From: a virus
Length of the DNA stretch: 41,383 bases
Virus record (IMG/VR): IMGVR_UViG_3300026549_000014
Span: 1-41,383 of that record
Reading direction: 5' to 3' (one strand)
This document shows, one piece after another, positions 1 to 7,510 of the stretch. Below the pieces are notes generated by a model, which had not been told where the DNA came from, did no database searches, and saw nothing but the letters and a program-made list of their open reading frames with translations. Made by a program: the position numbers and the translations under genes. The stretch's first letter is position 1; each line of letters opens with the position of its first letter.

Positions 1-127
1 GAGGGCTCAAGTCGGACATGCAGGACATCACGACGCGGCTGGTCAAAGTTGAGCAGAGCGTGAGCTCCGCGCACAAGAGGATCGATGAGATCGTAAAAAG
101 AGAGGGAATGGAAAATGATCAACTGGA
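1..127. repeat. Terminal direct overlap: bases 1-127 recur exactly at 41257-41383 (circular closure or terminal redundancy of the assembly)
   Basis: Compared base by base: gagggctcaagtcggacatgcagg...ggaatggaaaatgatcaactgga is present at both window ends. Length is exactly 127 nt. Confidence 0.95.
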
Positions 128-146
128 GAGTAAGGGCAAGGAATAA
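1..146 (+). CDS. 3' end of the wrap-around lysis-cassette membrane/coiled-coil protein that starts at 41049 (partial in the linear view)
   Basis: Frame 3 is open from base 3 to stop TAA 144-146 (..GLKSDMQDITTRLVKVEQSVSSAHKRIDEIVKREGMENDQLESKGKE*). It is in phase with 41049-41383 through the 127-nt overlap. Confidence 0.7.
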   Translation, partial: GLKSDMQDITTRLVKVEQSVSSAHKRIDEIVKREGMENDQLESKGKE

Positions 147-372
147 AAACTTTTGGATTGCGATCATCCCCGCGATCCTGCTCCTGATCCAGGCAGTCGC
201 TGAGGTTTTTGGCATCGACCTCGATCTTGGAGCACTCGGAGACAAGCTGATCTCGGTGGTCAACGCAGCGTTTGTGGTGCTGGCAATCCTTGGCATCGTC
301 ACAGATCCTACCACTACAGGGATCAGCGATAGCTCGCAGGCGCTGACGTATGACAGGCCGCGGGAGGGATGA
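115..372 (+). CDS. Holin (small multi-TM protein, phi-LC3-like N-terminus)
   Basis: 85 aa. MINWRVRARNKNFWIAIIPAILLLIQAV plus a second hydrophobic segment VVNAAFVVLAILGIV and a polar C-tail. Lies directly upstream of the endolysin and overlaps the preceding gene. Confidence 0.85.
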   Translation: MINWRVRARNKNFWIAIIPAILLLIQAVAEVFGIDLDLGALGDKLISVVNAAFVVLAILGIVTDPTTTGISDSSQALTYDRPREG

Positions 373-375
373 TCA

Positions 376-1266
376 ATGAGATTTGACCGTCAACAGGTAA
401 TCAAAATCGCGACAGCAGAGATCGGGTACCTGGAAAAGTCCGCGGCAGCCTATCAAAAGGATCCGGGGATCCTGGATCAAAAGACTGCCGGCGCGGGGTA
501 TGACAATTACACCAAGTACGGACGGGACATGCACCGTATCTATCCATCGGTGATGGATCTGCATGCGGCATGGTGCGACGCTTTCGTGGACTGGTGCTTT
601 TATAAGGCTTACGGCGTAACGACGGCTAAGAGCCTGCTGGGCGGAAACTTTGACGACTATACAGTAGCCTCCGCCGGGATGTACGCCAGGCACGGCGCGC
701 TGGACAAAAAGCCGGAGGTCGGCGCGCAGATCTTTTTCACACGCAACGGGGCGGTCTCCGGATGCTATCACACGGGGCTCGTGATCTCTGTGGCCGCAGA
801 CGGCAAGACAGTTACCACCATCGAGGGCAACACGTCGGCCACCGGATCCGGGATCGAGGCCAATGGCGGATGCGTGGCCAAAAAGGTCCGCAGCGTCAAT
901 GCCTACACACTCTTTGGACATCCTGCCTATAACGACGGAGCAAGCGATAAAACACGCGCGAGCGAAAAAACGAGCGATAAAACGCGCGCGAGCGATAAAA
1001 CGTGCGATAAAACCGAGGCGGCAAAGCGCTACGACCGCAAAGAGGCGGGCACCTACTACGTCTGCACAAAGTCCGATCCGCTCATGATGCGGACCGGGGC
1101 AGGCACTAACCGTAAGATCATTGTGAGAGTCCCCAAGGGGGGCAAGGTGCAGTGCTATGGTTACTACAACCTGGACAAGGATGGGGTAACCAAGTGGTTA
1201 TATTGCAAGTACATTAACCATGTCGGGTATCTCTCGCGCTCATATCTCCGCAGAGTACAGGCATGA
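376..1266 (+). CDS. Endolysin: N-terminal CHAP-type peptidase/amidase, DKT-repeat linker, C-terminal SH3-like wall-binding domain
   Basis: RBS GGGAGGGA upstream. Cys in AAWCDAFVDW and His in CYHTGLVISV are spaced as in the CHAP family. C-terminus GTYYVCTKSDPLMMRTGAGTNRKIIVRVPKGGKVQCYGY..WLYCKY looks like a bacterial SH3. Confidence 0.9.
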   Translation: MRFDRQQVIKIATAEIGYLEKSAAAYQKDPGILDQKTAGAGYDNYTKYGRDMHRIYPSVMDLHAAWCDAFVDWCFYKAYGVTTAKSLLGGNFDDYTVASAGMYARHGALDKKPEVGAQIFFTRNGAVSGCYHTGLVISVAADGKTVTTIEGNTSATGSGIEANGGCVAKKVRSVNAYTLFGHPAYNDGASDKTRASEKTSDKTRASDKTCDKTEAAKRYDRKEAGTYYVCTKSDPLMMRTGAGTNRKIIVRVPKGGKVQCYGYYNLDKDGVTKWLYCKYINHVGYLSRSYLRRVQA

Positions 1267-1302
1267 TCTAACTTGCTTAAGACTTGCTTAAGGGAGATCA
1301 AT

Positions 1303-1695
1303 ATGCCATATCCTTACAATAATTACCCATATAACTATAACCCTGTAAACGCATATCAGAATCAGCTCGCACAGGGGATGCCAGCCCCTGCACAGCATGT
1401 GGAAGTTATCAAAGTAAATGGAGAAAATGGCGCAAAGGCATATCAAATGGCACCGAATAGCTCCATTTTATTGCTTGACGAGACTGCGCCGCTTGTGTGG
1501 CTGAAAACCACAGATGGGGCCGGATACCCGACAATTACCCCGTATTCGATTGCCCCGTACAAGGCCGAACCACCTGTGGATGTAAAGTCGTTGGAACAGA
1601 GAATTTCCAGAATCGAGGGGATATTAAATGAAAAATCCAATTTTAGGGAACCTGAACGCACACCAGATGATGCCGGGGAACATCGGGCAGATTAA
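1303..1695 (+). CDS. Hypothetical protein with a Tyr/Pro/Asn-rich N-terminus (MPYPYNNYPYNYNP)
   Basis: ATG 1303 is preceded by AGGGAG, so it is preferred over the TTG at 1273. Open frame of 130 aa. No family recognised. Confidence 0.6.
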   Translation: MPYPYNNYPYNYNPVNAYQNQLAQGMPAPAQHVEVIKVNGENGAKAYQMAPNSSILLLDETAPLVWLKTTDGAGYPTITPYSIAPYKAEPPVDVKSLEQRISRIEGILNEKSNFREPERTPDDAGEHRAD

Positions 1696-1891
1696 GCAGA
1701 TGATGCAGATGGTGAGGAGCGCCGGTAATCCGGGTGCTATGGTGCAGAATATGGCCCAAAACAACCCGCAAATGAAGCAAGCCATGGATTTTATCAAGCA
1801 GAACGGAAACGACCCTAAAAAGGCGTTTTATGCGCTTGCACAGCAAAAGGGCGTTGACCCGGATGAAATACTCAGAACCTTGCAAGGGTGA
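1628..1891 (+). CDS. Hypothetical Met/Gln/Asn-rich small protein
   Basis: GAGGGG lies 7 nt upstream of the ATG. 87 aa. Overlaps the previous ORF by 68 nt in another frame. Confidence 0.55.
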   Translation: MKNPILGNLNAHQMMPGNIGQIKQMMQMVRSAGNPGAMVQNMAQNNPQMKQAMDFIKQNGNDPKKAFYALAQQKGVDPDEILRTLQG

Positions 1892-1928
1892 AACAATCAC
1901 TTTTTAATCAAAAGAAAGAAGGTAACTT

Positions 1929-2639
1929 ATGGATAACGGAACAGGAATTACCCCCGTAATGCCTATCGGTGGAACAGGCTATGGAGATTGGGGCGGCGGC
2001 AACGCCTTCATCTGGATTTTCGGACTGCTGATCCTCATGGGAATGTTCAACGGCGGCGGCATGTGGGGCAACAACGGCTTCGCCAACGCCATCGGCTATG
2101 AGAATCTTGCAACCTCGAATGAGGTTCAGAGAGGGTTCGACAGTCAGAACTCCATGGCAAACGAGAGAGAGATTCTCTCGGCTGTAAATGCCGGTACCGC
2201 GCAGGCAGTGGCGGCGACGAACCAGACCTTCCACGACACCGTGAGCGTGCTCTCTGACAAGTATTCCGAGCTTCAGAGAGATGTGGCATCTCTGGCAGTA
2301 GGTCAGGCAAATGCTCTGGCAAATCAGAACCAGTGTTGCTGTGATACGAAGATGCAGATTGCTGAGCAGGGTGCAGGAATCAACAGCGCGATCCAGCAGA
2401 ACCGCTACGAGGCGGCTCTCAACACTGCTTCCATCAACGAGAACACTACGGCGCAGACCCAGAAGATTCTTGATGCGATTCAGGGCAACCGGATTGCGGA
2501 TCTTCAGAATCAGGTCAATCAGCTCCAGCTTGCGCAGGCAACGAACGGAATGCTTCGTTTCCCGAATAGCTGGACTTACGGCGCGGGTCCGTTCCCTCCG
2601 ATTTTCGGATGCGGGTGTGGTTGCGGCCAGAACGTCTAA
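1929..2639 (+). CDS. Hypothetical membrane protein: Gly-rich N-terminus, one TM helix, long Q/N/A-rich helical region, Cys-rich motifs (CCC, C-terminal GCGCGCG)
   Basis: RBS GAAGG. FIWIFGLLILMGMF is a hydrophobic helix flanked by GGG runs. NQCCCDTK is internal; the C-terminus is IFGCGCGCGQNV. Confidence 0.7.
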   Translation: MDNGTGITPVMPIGGTGYGDWGGGNAFIWIFGLLILMGMFNGGGMWGNNGFANAIGYENLATSNEVQRGFDSQNSMANEREILSAVNAGTAQAVAATNQTFHDTVSVLSDKYSELQRDVASLAVGQANALANQNQCCCDTKMQIAEQGAGINSAIQQNRYEAALNTASINENTTAQTQKILDAIQGNRIADLQNQVNQLQLAQATNGMLRFPNSWTYGAGPFPPIFGCGCGCGQNV

Positions 2640-2713
2640 TTTCGAGCGTATTCAGTACGCCTTAACGGAGGGCAGGCGTACAGCCTGCCTTCTTTCATAT
2701 TAGGAGATAAACC

Positions 2714-3100
2714 ATGATTGAAGTATATTCTAACAATGTAAGTGTTGATGCCGGTGCGACCGTTCCGCTCAATAATGAGGTGCTGAGGAAGGGATGCACG
2801 GCTACGAAGTCCGGAAACACGATTAACCTGAATCGCAGTGGTGTCTATCAGGTAAACTGTTCCTGCACCGCATCGGCGGCAGGTACGCTCCAGCTTCAGA
2901 GGAATAATGTCCTTCAGCCACAGGCACAGCTTGACACGACCAACTCCAGAGCCGCATCGTTCTCCACACTGGTGCAGGTCAGTCATAATAACTGCCCGTG
3001 TGATTGTGATACCGCTCCGGTCAGCCTGAGTGTGGTCAATACCGGAACCGAAGCTGTCCCGATTACAACTTTCAATCTGACGGTCACGAAGCTGTGCTGA
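2714..3100 (+). CDS. Hypothetical all-beta protein, possibly a C1q/TNF-like (BclA C-terminal-like) jelly roll
   Basis: RBS AGGAG. 128 aa with an alternating beta-strand pattern (TINLNRSGVYQVNCSCTAS, VSLSVVNTG, ITTFNLTVTKL). The fold call rests on pattern resemblance only. Confidence 0.65.
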   Translation: MIEVYSNNVSVDAGATVPLNNEVLRKGCTATKSGNTINLNRSGVYQVNCSCTASAAGTLQLQRNNVLQPQAQLDTTNSRAASFSTLVQVSHNNCPCDCDTAPVSLSVVNTGTEAVPITTFNLTVTKLC

Positions 3101-3224
3101 AATGACGAACCGTGAGTGGGATTTTCTTGAGTCGATGAAGCGACCGAGCAGGCGATTCAGAAAGTCCGAGAGCATTTGACCGAACAAGACAAGAAGATCG
3201 AAAGAATATTGGAGATACTCAGAA

Positions 3225-3509
3225 ATGAAGATCAAACATTACATGGAAGCGATTCACGATGAAATGTGCGGCGCAAAGGAATATGCGTTGAAGTACATCG
3301 AATATAAGACATCAAAAAGCGATTGGGCGAGAATGTACGAGGAAATGGCTGAAGCAGAACTCAAACACGCAGAATACTTAAAACAGATGGCGCAGGAATA
3401 TTTTGACGGTCTGGCATGGAAATCCGAAGAATCCAAAATTGAGTGGGAGCATTGCAAGGCAAAGATGGTCGAAAAGGCCGCACTTGTAAAGATGATTTTA
3501 TCTGTATGA
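3225..3509 (+). CDS. Hypothetical helical protein (94 aa, E/K-rich)
   Basis: RBS GGAG. Clean ORF followed by a terminator. Confidence 0.65.
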   Translation: MKIKHYMEAIHDEMCGAKEYALKYIEYKTSKSDWARMYEEMAEAELKHAEYLKQMAQEYFDGLAWKSEESKIEWEHCKAKMVEKAALVKMILSV

Positions 3510-3548
3510 TGCGATGAACATAGATAATAACACCATAAAGTCTTACAT

Positions 3549-3580
3549 GGGAAGGTAGTCTAGCTGCCTTCTCTTTTTTT
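3549..3580 (+). terminator. Rho-independent terminator closing the lysis/accessory operon
   Basis: GGGAAGG (3549-3555) pairs with CCTTCTC (3567-3573, one G-U), with an 11-nt loop, followed by T7 (3574-3580). Confidence 0.6.
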
Positions 3581-3754
3581 CGGTTGATCTACGACCTGTA
3601 TCTGCACGGACTGGATGGCAAGGAGCTCACTTACACCGCGATCCGCAACTACATGCCCGCTCCGGGCTGTGCTGTCTGTGCAGGGTTTGCCGGCTCCTTC
3701 AAGCGTCATTCCCCGCTGTTCTCTCAGACTCTTTATTCTTTCCCTGACTGTCAT
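3560..3754 (-). CDS. Small leftward ORF with a repressor-like N-terminus only (possible truncated cI/XRE remnant)
   Basis: Driven by a near-consensus promoter and a GTGAGG RBS. MTVRERIKSLREQRGMTLE resembles the start of XRE-family repressors, but the rest has no HTH pattern. The ORF ends inside the + strand terminator hairpin/A-run. Confidence 0.4.
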   Translation of the reverse strand: MTVRERIKSLREQRGMTLEGAGKPCTDSTARSGHVVADRGVSELLAIQSVQIQVVDQPKKREGS

Positions 3755-3791
3755 TTTTATGCCTCACTTCATTAAGTTGTTCGACATTTTC

Positions 3792-3819
3792 ATTATACAT
3801 AAATGTGTCGTTTATGCAA
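3792..3819 (-). promoter_or_regulatory. Leftward promoter (-35 TTGCAT, 16-nt spacer, -10 TATAAT)
   Basis: Reverse complement of 3814-3819 is TTGCAT. Reverse complement of 3792-3797 is TATAAT. Confidence 0.6.
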
Positions 3820-3822
3820 CAC
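3805..3822. promoter_or_regulatory. Operator-like imperfect inverted repeat GTGTCGtttatgCAACAC overlapping the leftward -35
   Basis: Related to the 3904-3921 inverted repeat. Arms match 5 of 6. Confidence 0.4.
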
Positions 3823-3870
3823 CGCATATCACACCAAAATAAAAAAGTTTCGTATTGGACACAAAACATG

Positions 3871-3899
3871 TTGACAGCGCTTGCCCAACGCGGTAACAT
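3871..3899 (+). promoter_or_regulatory. Rightward early promoter (-35 TTGACA, 17-nt spacer, -10 TAACAT)
   Basis: TTGACA at 3871-3876 and TAACAT at 3894-3899, about 45 nt upstream of the cro-like start. Confidence 0.6.
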
Positions 3900-3903
3900 T
3901 CAA

Positions 3904-3921
3904 AGTGTCGTAAATGACACT
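3904..3921. promoter_or_regulatory. Operator-like perfect inverted repeat AGTGTCgtaaatGACACT just downstream of the rightward -10
   Basis: 6-bp arms with a 6-nt spacer, positioned at the expected transcription start. Confidence 0.5.
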
Positions 3922-3944
3922 GACAATCACAGAAAGGAGGGAAA

Positions 3945-4157
3945 ATGGATAAGCTATTACTAGAGTACTTCATCAAGAAGAGCGGCAGAAACGTCGAGAC
4001 TTACTGCAAGGATGTCGGAATGAGCAGATCGGCATATTTCCGAAAAACTCATGGGGAATCTGAGTTTACCCAGGGTGAAATTCAAGACAGTATCGACCTC
4101 GGGTATGTGCCAAGGGACTCAGTGATGCAGGTTTTTTTTGCCGAGAAAGTGTCCTAA
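3945..4157 (+). CDS. Cro-like small HTH regulator
   Basis: RBS AAGGAGGG. 70 aa. TYCKDVGMSRSAYFRKTHGESEFTQGEI fits a helix-turn-helix as in small Cro-type regulators of Bacillota phages. Confidence 0.7.
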   Translation: MDKLLLEYFIKKSGRNVETYCKDVGMSRSAYFRKTHGESEFTQGEIQDSIDLGYVPRDSVMQVFFAEKVS

Positions 4158-4223
4158 AAGACACTATAAGGCACGCAAAAGCCGCCGAGGGAAGCAGCCC
4201 CATACGGCGGCAGAAAGGATTAC

Positions 4224-4493
4224 ATGGAAAGTATAGCACAGGTTATCAGAGTAGACGAGGACAGCATGACGATCTCTGCGAGAGATCTGCATGAAGCTCT
4301 CGGGGTTGAGAAAGATTTTCGTCACTGGTTCCCCAGAATGACCGAGTACGGATTCTCCGAAGGATCGGATTTCAACCCGGTCAAAAATGTCCGGGTTCAA
4401 TCTGAAGGCAGCAGGGACGTCTTCGAGGACCTGATCCGGAACCGGAACAACATAGACGCCGGACTCAATCCGGCATTCAAGGAGGGCGAGTGA
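4224..4493 (+). CDS. AntA/AntB-type antirepressor N-terminal domain protein (short)
   Basis: ISARDLHEALGVEKDFRHWFPRMTEYGFSEGSDF matches the AntA-like motif. The protein ends earlier than typical family members. Confidence 0.6.
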   Translation: MESIAQVIRVDEDSMTISARDLHEALGVEKDFRHWFPRMTEYGFSEGSDFNPVKNVRVQSEGSRDVFEDLIRNRNNIDAGLNPAFKEGE

Positions 4494-4705
4494 TGGAAGA
4501 CAAACAGAAAATTTGTGACAAGCTGCTGGAAACGCTGCAGCTGACACGCCAGTATGAGGACCTGCAGTCTCTGATCTATCTGCGCGGAGGGCAGGATCGC
4601 GAATCCGTGATGGCGCTCTTCACGCCGAACAACGCACTGGAGATCAATGTCAGCATGGACTCTGGAGCGGCAATGGTCAGAGACATCCTGAAAGCGTTGG
4701 CATGA
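4493..4705 (+). CDS. Hypothetical protein (70 aa)
   Basis: ATG 4493 overlaps the upstream stop (TGATG). GGAGGG RBS at 4481-4486. Confidence 0.6.
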   Translation: MEDKQKICDKLLETLQLTRQYEDLQSLIYLRGGQDRESVMALFTPNNALEINVSMDSGAAMVRDILKALA

Positions 4706-5085
4706 GAATGATGAGAGTCGAATATTTCTGTGACAACTGCGGAGCGCAGATCACGGGCGGTGAGCCGGTCTACATGGTTCAAGAATCCAGGGTCGTGATC
4801 GACAAGATCATCCCCACCACCTTCAAACCAGCAATGGTTTGTGAAAAGTGCTTTGAGGCCATGATGGAGCGCACACATGAACCGGCACCAGCAAAGCCCA
4901 TCACACAGGACCGCGCGCTCGATGACGATATGATCCGCAAAGCATGGACTATGATGGCGAACCATGCTCCTTTGTTTCAGATCTCAAGAGAGTTAGGAAT
5001 CTCAACAGACCGAGCAAAGGTGCTGTTGGAAACACTCCCCAAAGAGTACGCAGATAAATGGGCACAAAAGGAGGACTTGAAATGA
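4702..5085 (+). CDS. Hypothetical protein with N-terminal zinc-ribbon (CDNC..CEKC) and a C-terminal HTH-like segment
   Basis: ATGA overlap with the upstream gene. Two CxxC pairs. Confidence 0.65.
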   Translation: MRMMRVEYFCDNCGAQITGGEPVYMVQESRVVIDKIIPTTFKPAMVCEKCFEAMMERTHEPAPAKPITQDRALDDDMIRKAWTMMANHAPLFQISRELGISTDRAKVLLETLPKEYADKWAQKEDLK

Positions 5086-5324
5086 TAGAAAAGCAAATTC
5101 AGAAGTACAACGCCTTCGCCAGGGAGCATGGGACGCAGGACTACAAGCATTTTTTGGCGACAATGCGGAAGGCACAGTGGGTGCATCGCTGTGCAGAGCG
5201 TAAGGGCATCCGTCTGGCCGTGATCGGATCCGAGGGATACATGCACGCGGGGACCATCTATCTGATCCCGCAGTACGCGCTGAAGCGCCGCAGGATCAAT
5301 CTGGACGAGGAGGCAGTGAGATGA
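5082..5324 (+). CDS. Hypothetical protein (80 aa)
   Basis: ATG 5082 with AGGAGG 7 nt upstream and an ATGA overlap. Preferred over ATG 5058. Confidence 0.6.
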   Translation: MIEKQIQKYNAFAREHGTQDYKHFLATMRKAQWVHRCAERKGIRLAVIGSEGYMHAGTIYLIPQYALKRRRINLDEEAVR

Positions 5325-5701
5325 CGGAAGAGTTCAATAAGGCTCTGAGCCTCATCAAATTCGACATCGACATCATGAGGGACACGGAGGATTATGACCG
5401 GTTTTTCGATCTGCTCTGGACCATTGACTCGGAGATGTCGGTAGCGCTCTGCTTTGCACGGTACGACGACGAGCACCAGGCCATAAGAGATCTGGAGCAC
5501 GAGAGGTTCAAAGTCTTCTCGGAAAGGTACGACGCCATGAATGCACAATTTCACGAGGAAAGCAGGAAACACGAGCTCGAGATCGCCAAAAAGGACGAAG
5601 AGATAGACGATCTCAACTTAAAGATTGAGAAGCTGGAGGATGACAACTACGCAAGGGCAGAGGTGATCGCCAATGCCCGCCTGGACGGCGCGGTCCAGTA
5701 A
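5321..5701 (+). CDS. Hypothetical coiled-coil protein
   Basis: ATGA overlap. C-terminal heptad-like region KKDEEIDDLNLKIEKLEDDN. Confidence 0.65.
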   Translation: MTEEFNKALSLIKFDIDIMRDTEDYDRFFDLLWTIDSEMSVALCFARYDDEHQAIRDLEHERFKVFSERYDAMNAQFHEESRKHELEIAKKDEEIDDLNLKIEKLEDDNYARAEVIANARLDGAVQ

Positions 5702-5776
5702 AAAAACTCCCCCGAAGGGGAGCCAGGAGGAAGCTATCTCAGCAGTGATCATATCACTGCAGAAAGGAAGAAGTAA

Positions 5777-6268
5777 ATGACACTGTACGAACTCACGGGG
5801 GCATGGAAGACGCTCCTCGAGATGGCCGAGGATCCGGAGGAAGATCCCCAGGCGATTGCGGACACGATGGACTCTCTGCAGGGAGACATCGAGGACAAAG
5901 CGGACGGATACGGCAAGGTGATGCGCTCCCTCCGCTCTGACGTGACAGCAATCGATGAGGAGATCCGGAGACTCCAGGACCGCAGAGCCACGATCCTTGG
6001 GAATATAGATGAGTGCGAGTTCCGGCTCAAGTCGTCCATGGAGGAGATGGGGATCAATAAGATCAAGACAAAGCTGTTCTCCTTCAATATCCAGAAGACT
6101 CCGGCAAGAGTAGTGATTGATCGGGAGGGAGAGATTCCGGTGGACTTCCTCGTAATGCAGTCTCCGAAGATCAACAAAGAGAAGATCAAGCAGGCACTGA
6201 AGGCCGGGGACGACAGCCTCAACGGCATCGCCCATCTTGAGCAGGGAACGTCCCTGAGAATGAGGTGA
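5777..6268 (+). CDS. Siphovirus Gp157-like protein
   Basis: MTLYELTGAWKTLLEMAEDPE..DTMDSLQGDIEDKADGYGKVMRSL..EIRRLQDRR matches my memory of the Gp157 family. It sits next to the ERF gene, as is usual. Confidence 0.7.
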   Translation: MTLYELTGAWKTLLEMAEDPEEDPQAIADTMDSLQGDIEDKADGYGKVMRSLRSDVTAIDEEIRRLQDRRATILGNIDECEFRLKSSMEEMGINKIKTKLFSFNIQKTPARVVIDREGEIPVDFLVMQSPKINKEKIKQALKAGDDSLNGIAHLEQGTSLRMR

Positions 6269-6271
6269 GCA

Positions 6272-6829
6272 ATGGATGAGATGAGCTTGAACGGGAAGCT
6301 AATGCTGATCCAGTCGGAGCTCAAGGCCCCCAAGGGACAGCGCAATACCTTCGGGAAATACAACTACCGGAGCTGCGAGGACATTTACGAGGCAGTCAAG
6401 CCGCTTCTCTGCAAGTATGACTGCACGCTGACGGTGACCGATGATCTCGTGATGATCGGGCAGCGGTACTACATCAAGGCAACGGCCACGATCCGCTCCG
6501 GGGCGGAGAGTCAGACCGTCTGTGCCTTTGCCAGAGAGTCGGAGGACAAGAAAGGCATGGACGCATCACAGGTCACGGGGGCAACAAGCTCCTACGCCCG
6601 CAAGTACGCCCTGAATGGCCTATTTTTGATCGACGATTCCAAGGACGCCGACACCGATGAGTACCAGCAGCAGACATCCCAGATTATCTCCGACAAGGAG
6701 CGGGAGGTCCTAATCAATCTGATGCAGAAGCATGGGATGGATACCAGCAAGGTCCCGGCAAGAGTCGCACGAACTGATTACGTGAAGTACATGAGGAGGT
6801 TCCAGAGCGATGAGAGGAACGGTCAGTAG
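6272..6829 (+). CDS. erf: ERF-family single-strand annealing recombinase
   Basis: LIQSELKAPKGQRNTFGKYNYRSCEDIYEAVKPLL..QVTGATSSYARKYALNGLFLIDD are typical ERF motifs. Confidence 0.8.
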   Translation: MDEMSLNGKLMLIQSELKAPKGQRNTFGKYNYRSCEDIYEAVKPLLCKYDCTLTVTDDLVMIGQRYYIKATATIRSGAESQTVCAFARESEDKKGMDASQVTGATSSYARKYALNGLFLIDDSKDADTDEYQQQTSQIISDKEREVLINLMQKHGMDTSKVPARVARTDYVKYMRRFQSDERNGQ

Positions 6830-7340
6830 AGTCTACGGCGGCCGACACACGATGGCCCTGCTGGAACTCGATGCTCTCCCGGAAGATCTGGAGAAGTATT
6901 ACGACAAGGACGTGGATGTGGAGATCAAGGTCCATCGCGAGGGCAGGAGCCTTAACGCCAATGCCTACTTCCACGTCCTGATCAGCAAGATCGCTGATGA
7001 GCGTACCAAGATCGGCGATGCCTGCAGCAAGGCAAGGGCAAAGAACGAGCTGATCTGCCAGTACGGGCAGCCAGAAATGATCAACGGAGAGCCCATGGTG
7101 TACATCACCAAGGCGCCTCCGGAGTGGATGCGGGAGCAGGAGTACATACACGCTGCTCCCATCCGGTTTGACGGCGATCTCGTGCACTACAGGATCTATC
7201 GTGGCAGCCATACGTACAACACTGAGGAGATGTCGGTACTGATCGACGGCACCGTAGCGGAGGCCAGGGAGCTAGGCATCGAGACGATGACGCCGGATCA
7301 GCTGGAGCGGATGAAAGCGGCATGGAAGGAGATGCGATGA
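6810..7340 (+). CDS. NinB/Orf-like recombination accessory protein (tentative)
   Basis: GRSLNANAYFHVLISKIAD resembles the NinB-type motif. The start could alternatively be ATG 6852. Confidence 0.5.
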   Translation: MRGTVSRVYGGRHTMALLELDALPEDLEKYYDKDVDVEIKVHREGRSLNANAYFHVLISKIADERTKIGDACSKARAKNELICQYGQPEMINGEPMVYITKAPPEWMREQEYIHAAPIRFDGDLVHYRIYRGSHTYNTEEMSVLIDGTVAEARELGIETMTPDQLERMKAAWKEMR

Positions 7341-7510
7341 ATATTACACAGATATTGAAAGATCTGAGCGCGGCCGAGATGAAGGAGGATGAGAAATACT
7401 GGGGAGAGGACTACTGGGAAAGCTTCTACGAAGGCTATCACCGGGGATACATCACTGCTCTCGAGGATGTAAAGAGAACGGTGGAGGGCGGGGATGATCC
7501 GGCAGTCTGA
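7337..7510 (+). CDS. Hypothetical acidic protein (57 aa)
   Basis: ATGA overlap at 7337-7340 with GGAAGGA upstream. Confidence 0.5.
   Translation: MNITQILKDLSAAEMKEDEKYWGEDYWESFYEGYHRGYITALEDVKRTVEGGDDPAV

Noticed and set aside
863-1087. 74-aa ORF overlapping the endolysin in another frame (KRAIKRARAIKRAIK)
   Set aside because: It is produced by the linker tandem repeat read out of frame. It lies inside a confidently assigned CDS.
3584-3842. + strand ORFs 3584-3775 and 3615-3842 in the switch region
   Set aside because: They have no RBS, one uses a TTG start, and they span promoter/operator DNA. They run opposite to an ORF that has a consensus promoter and RBS.
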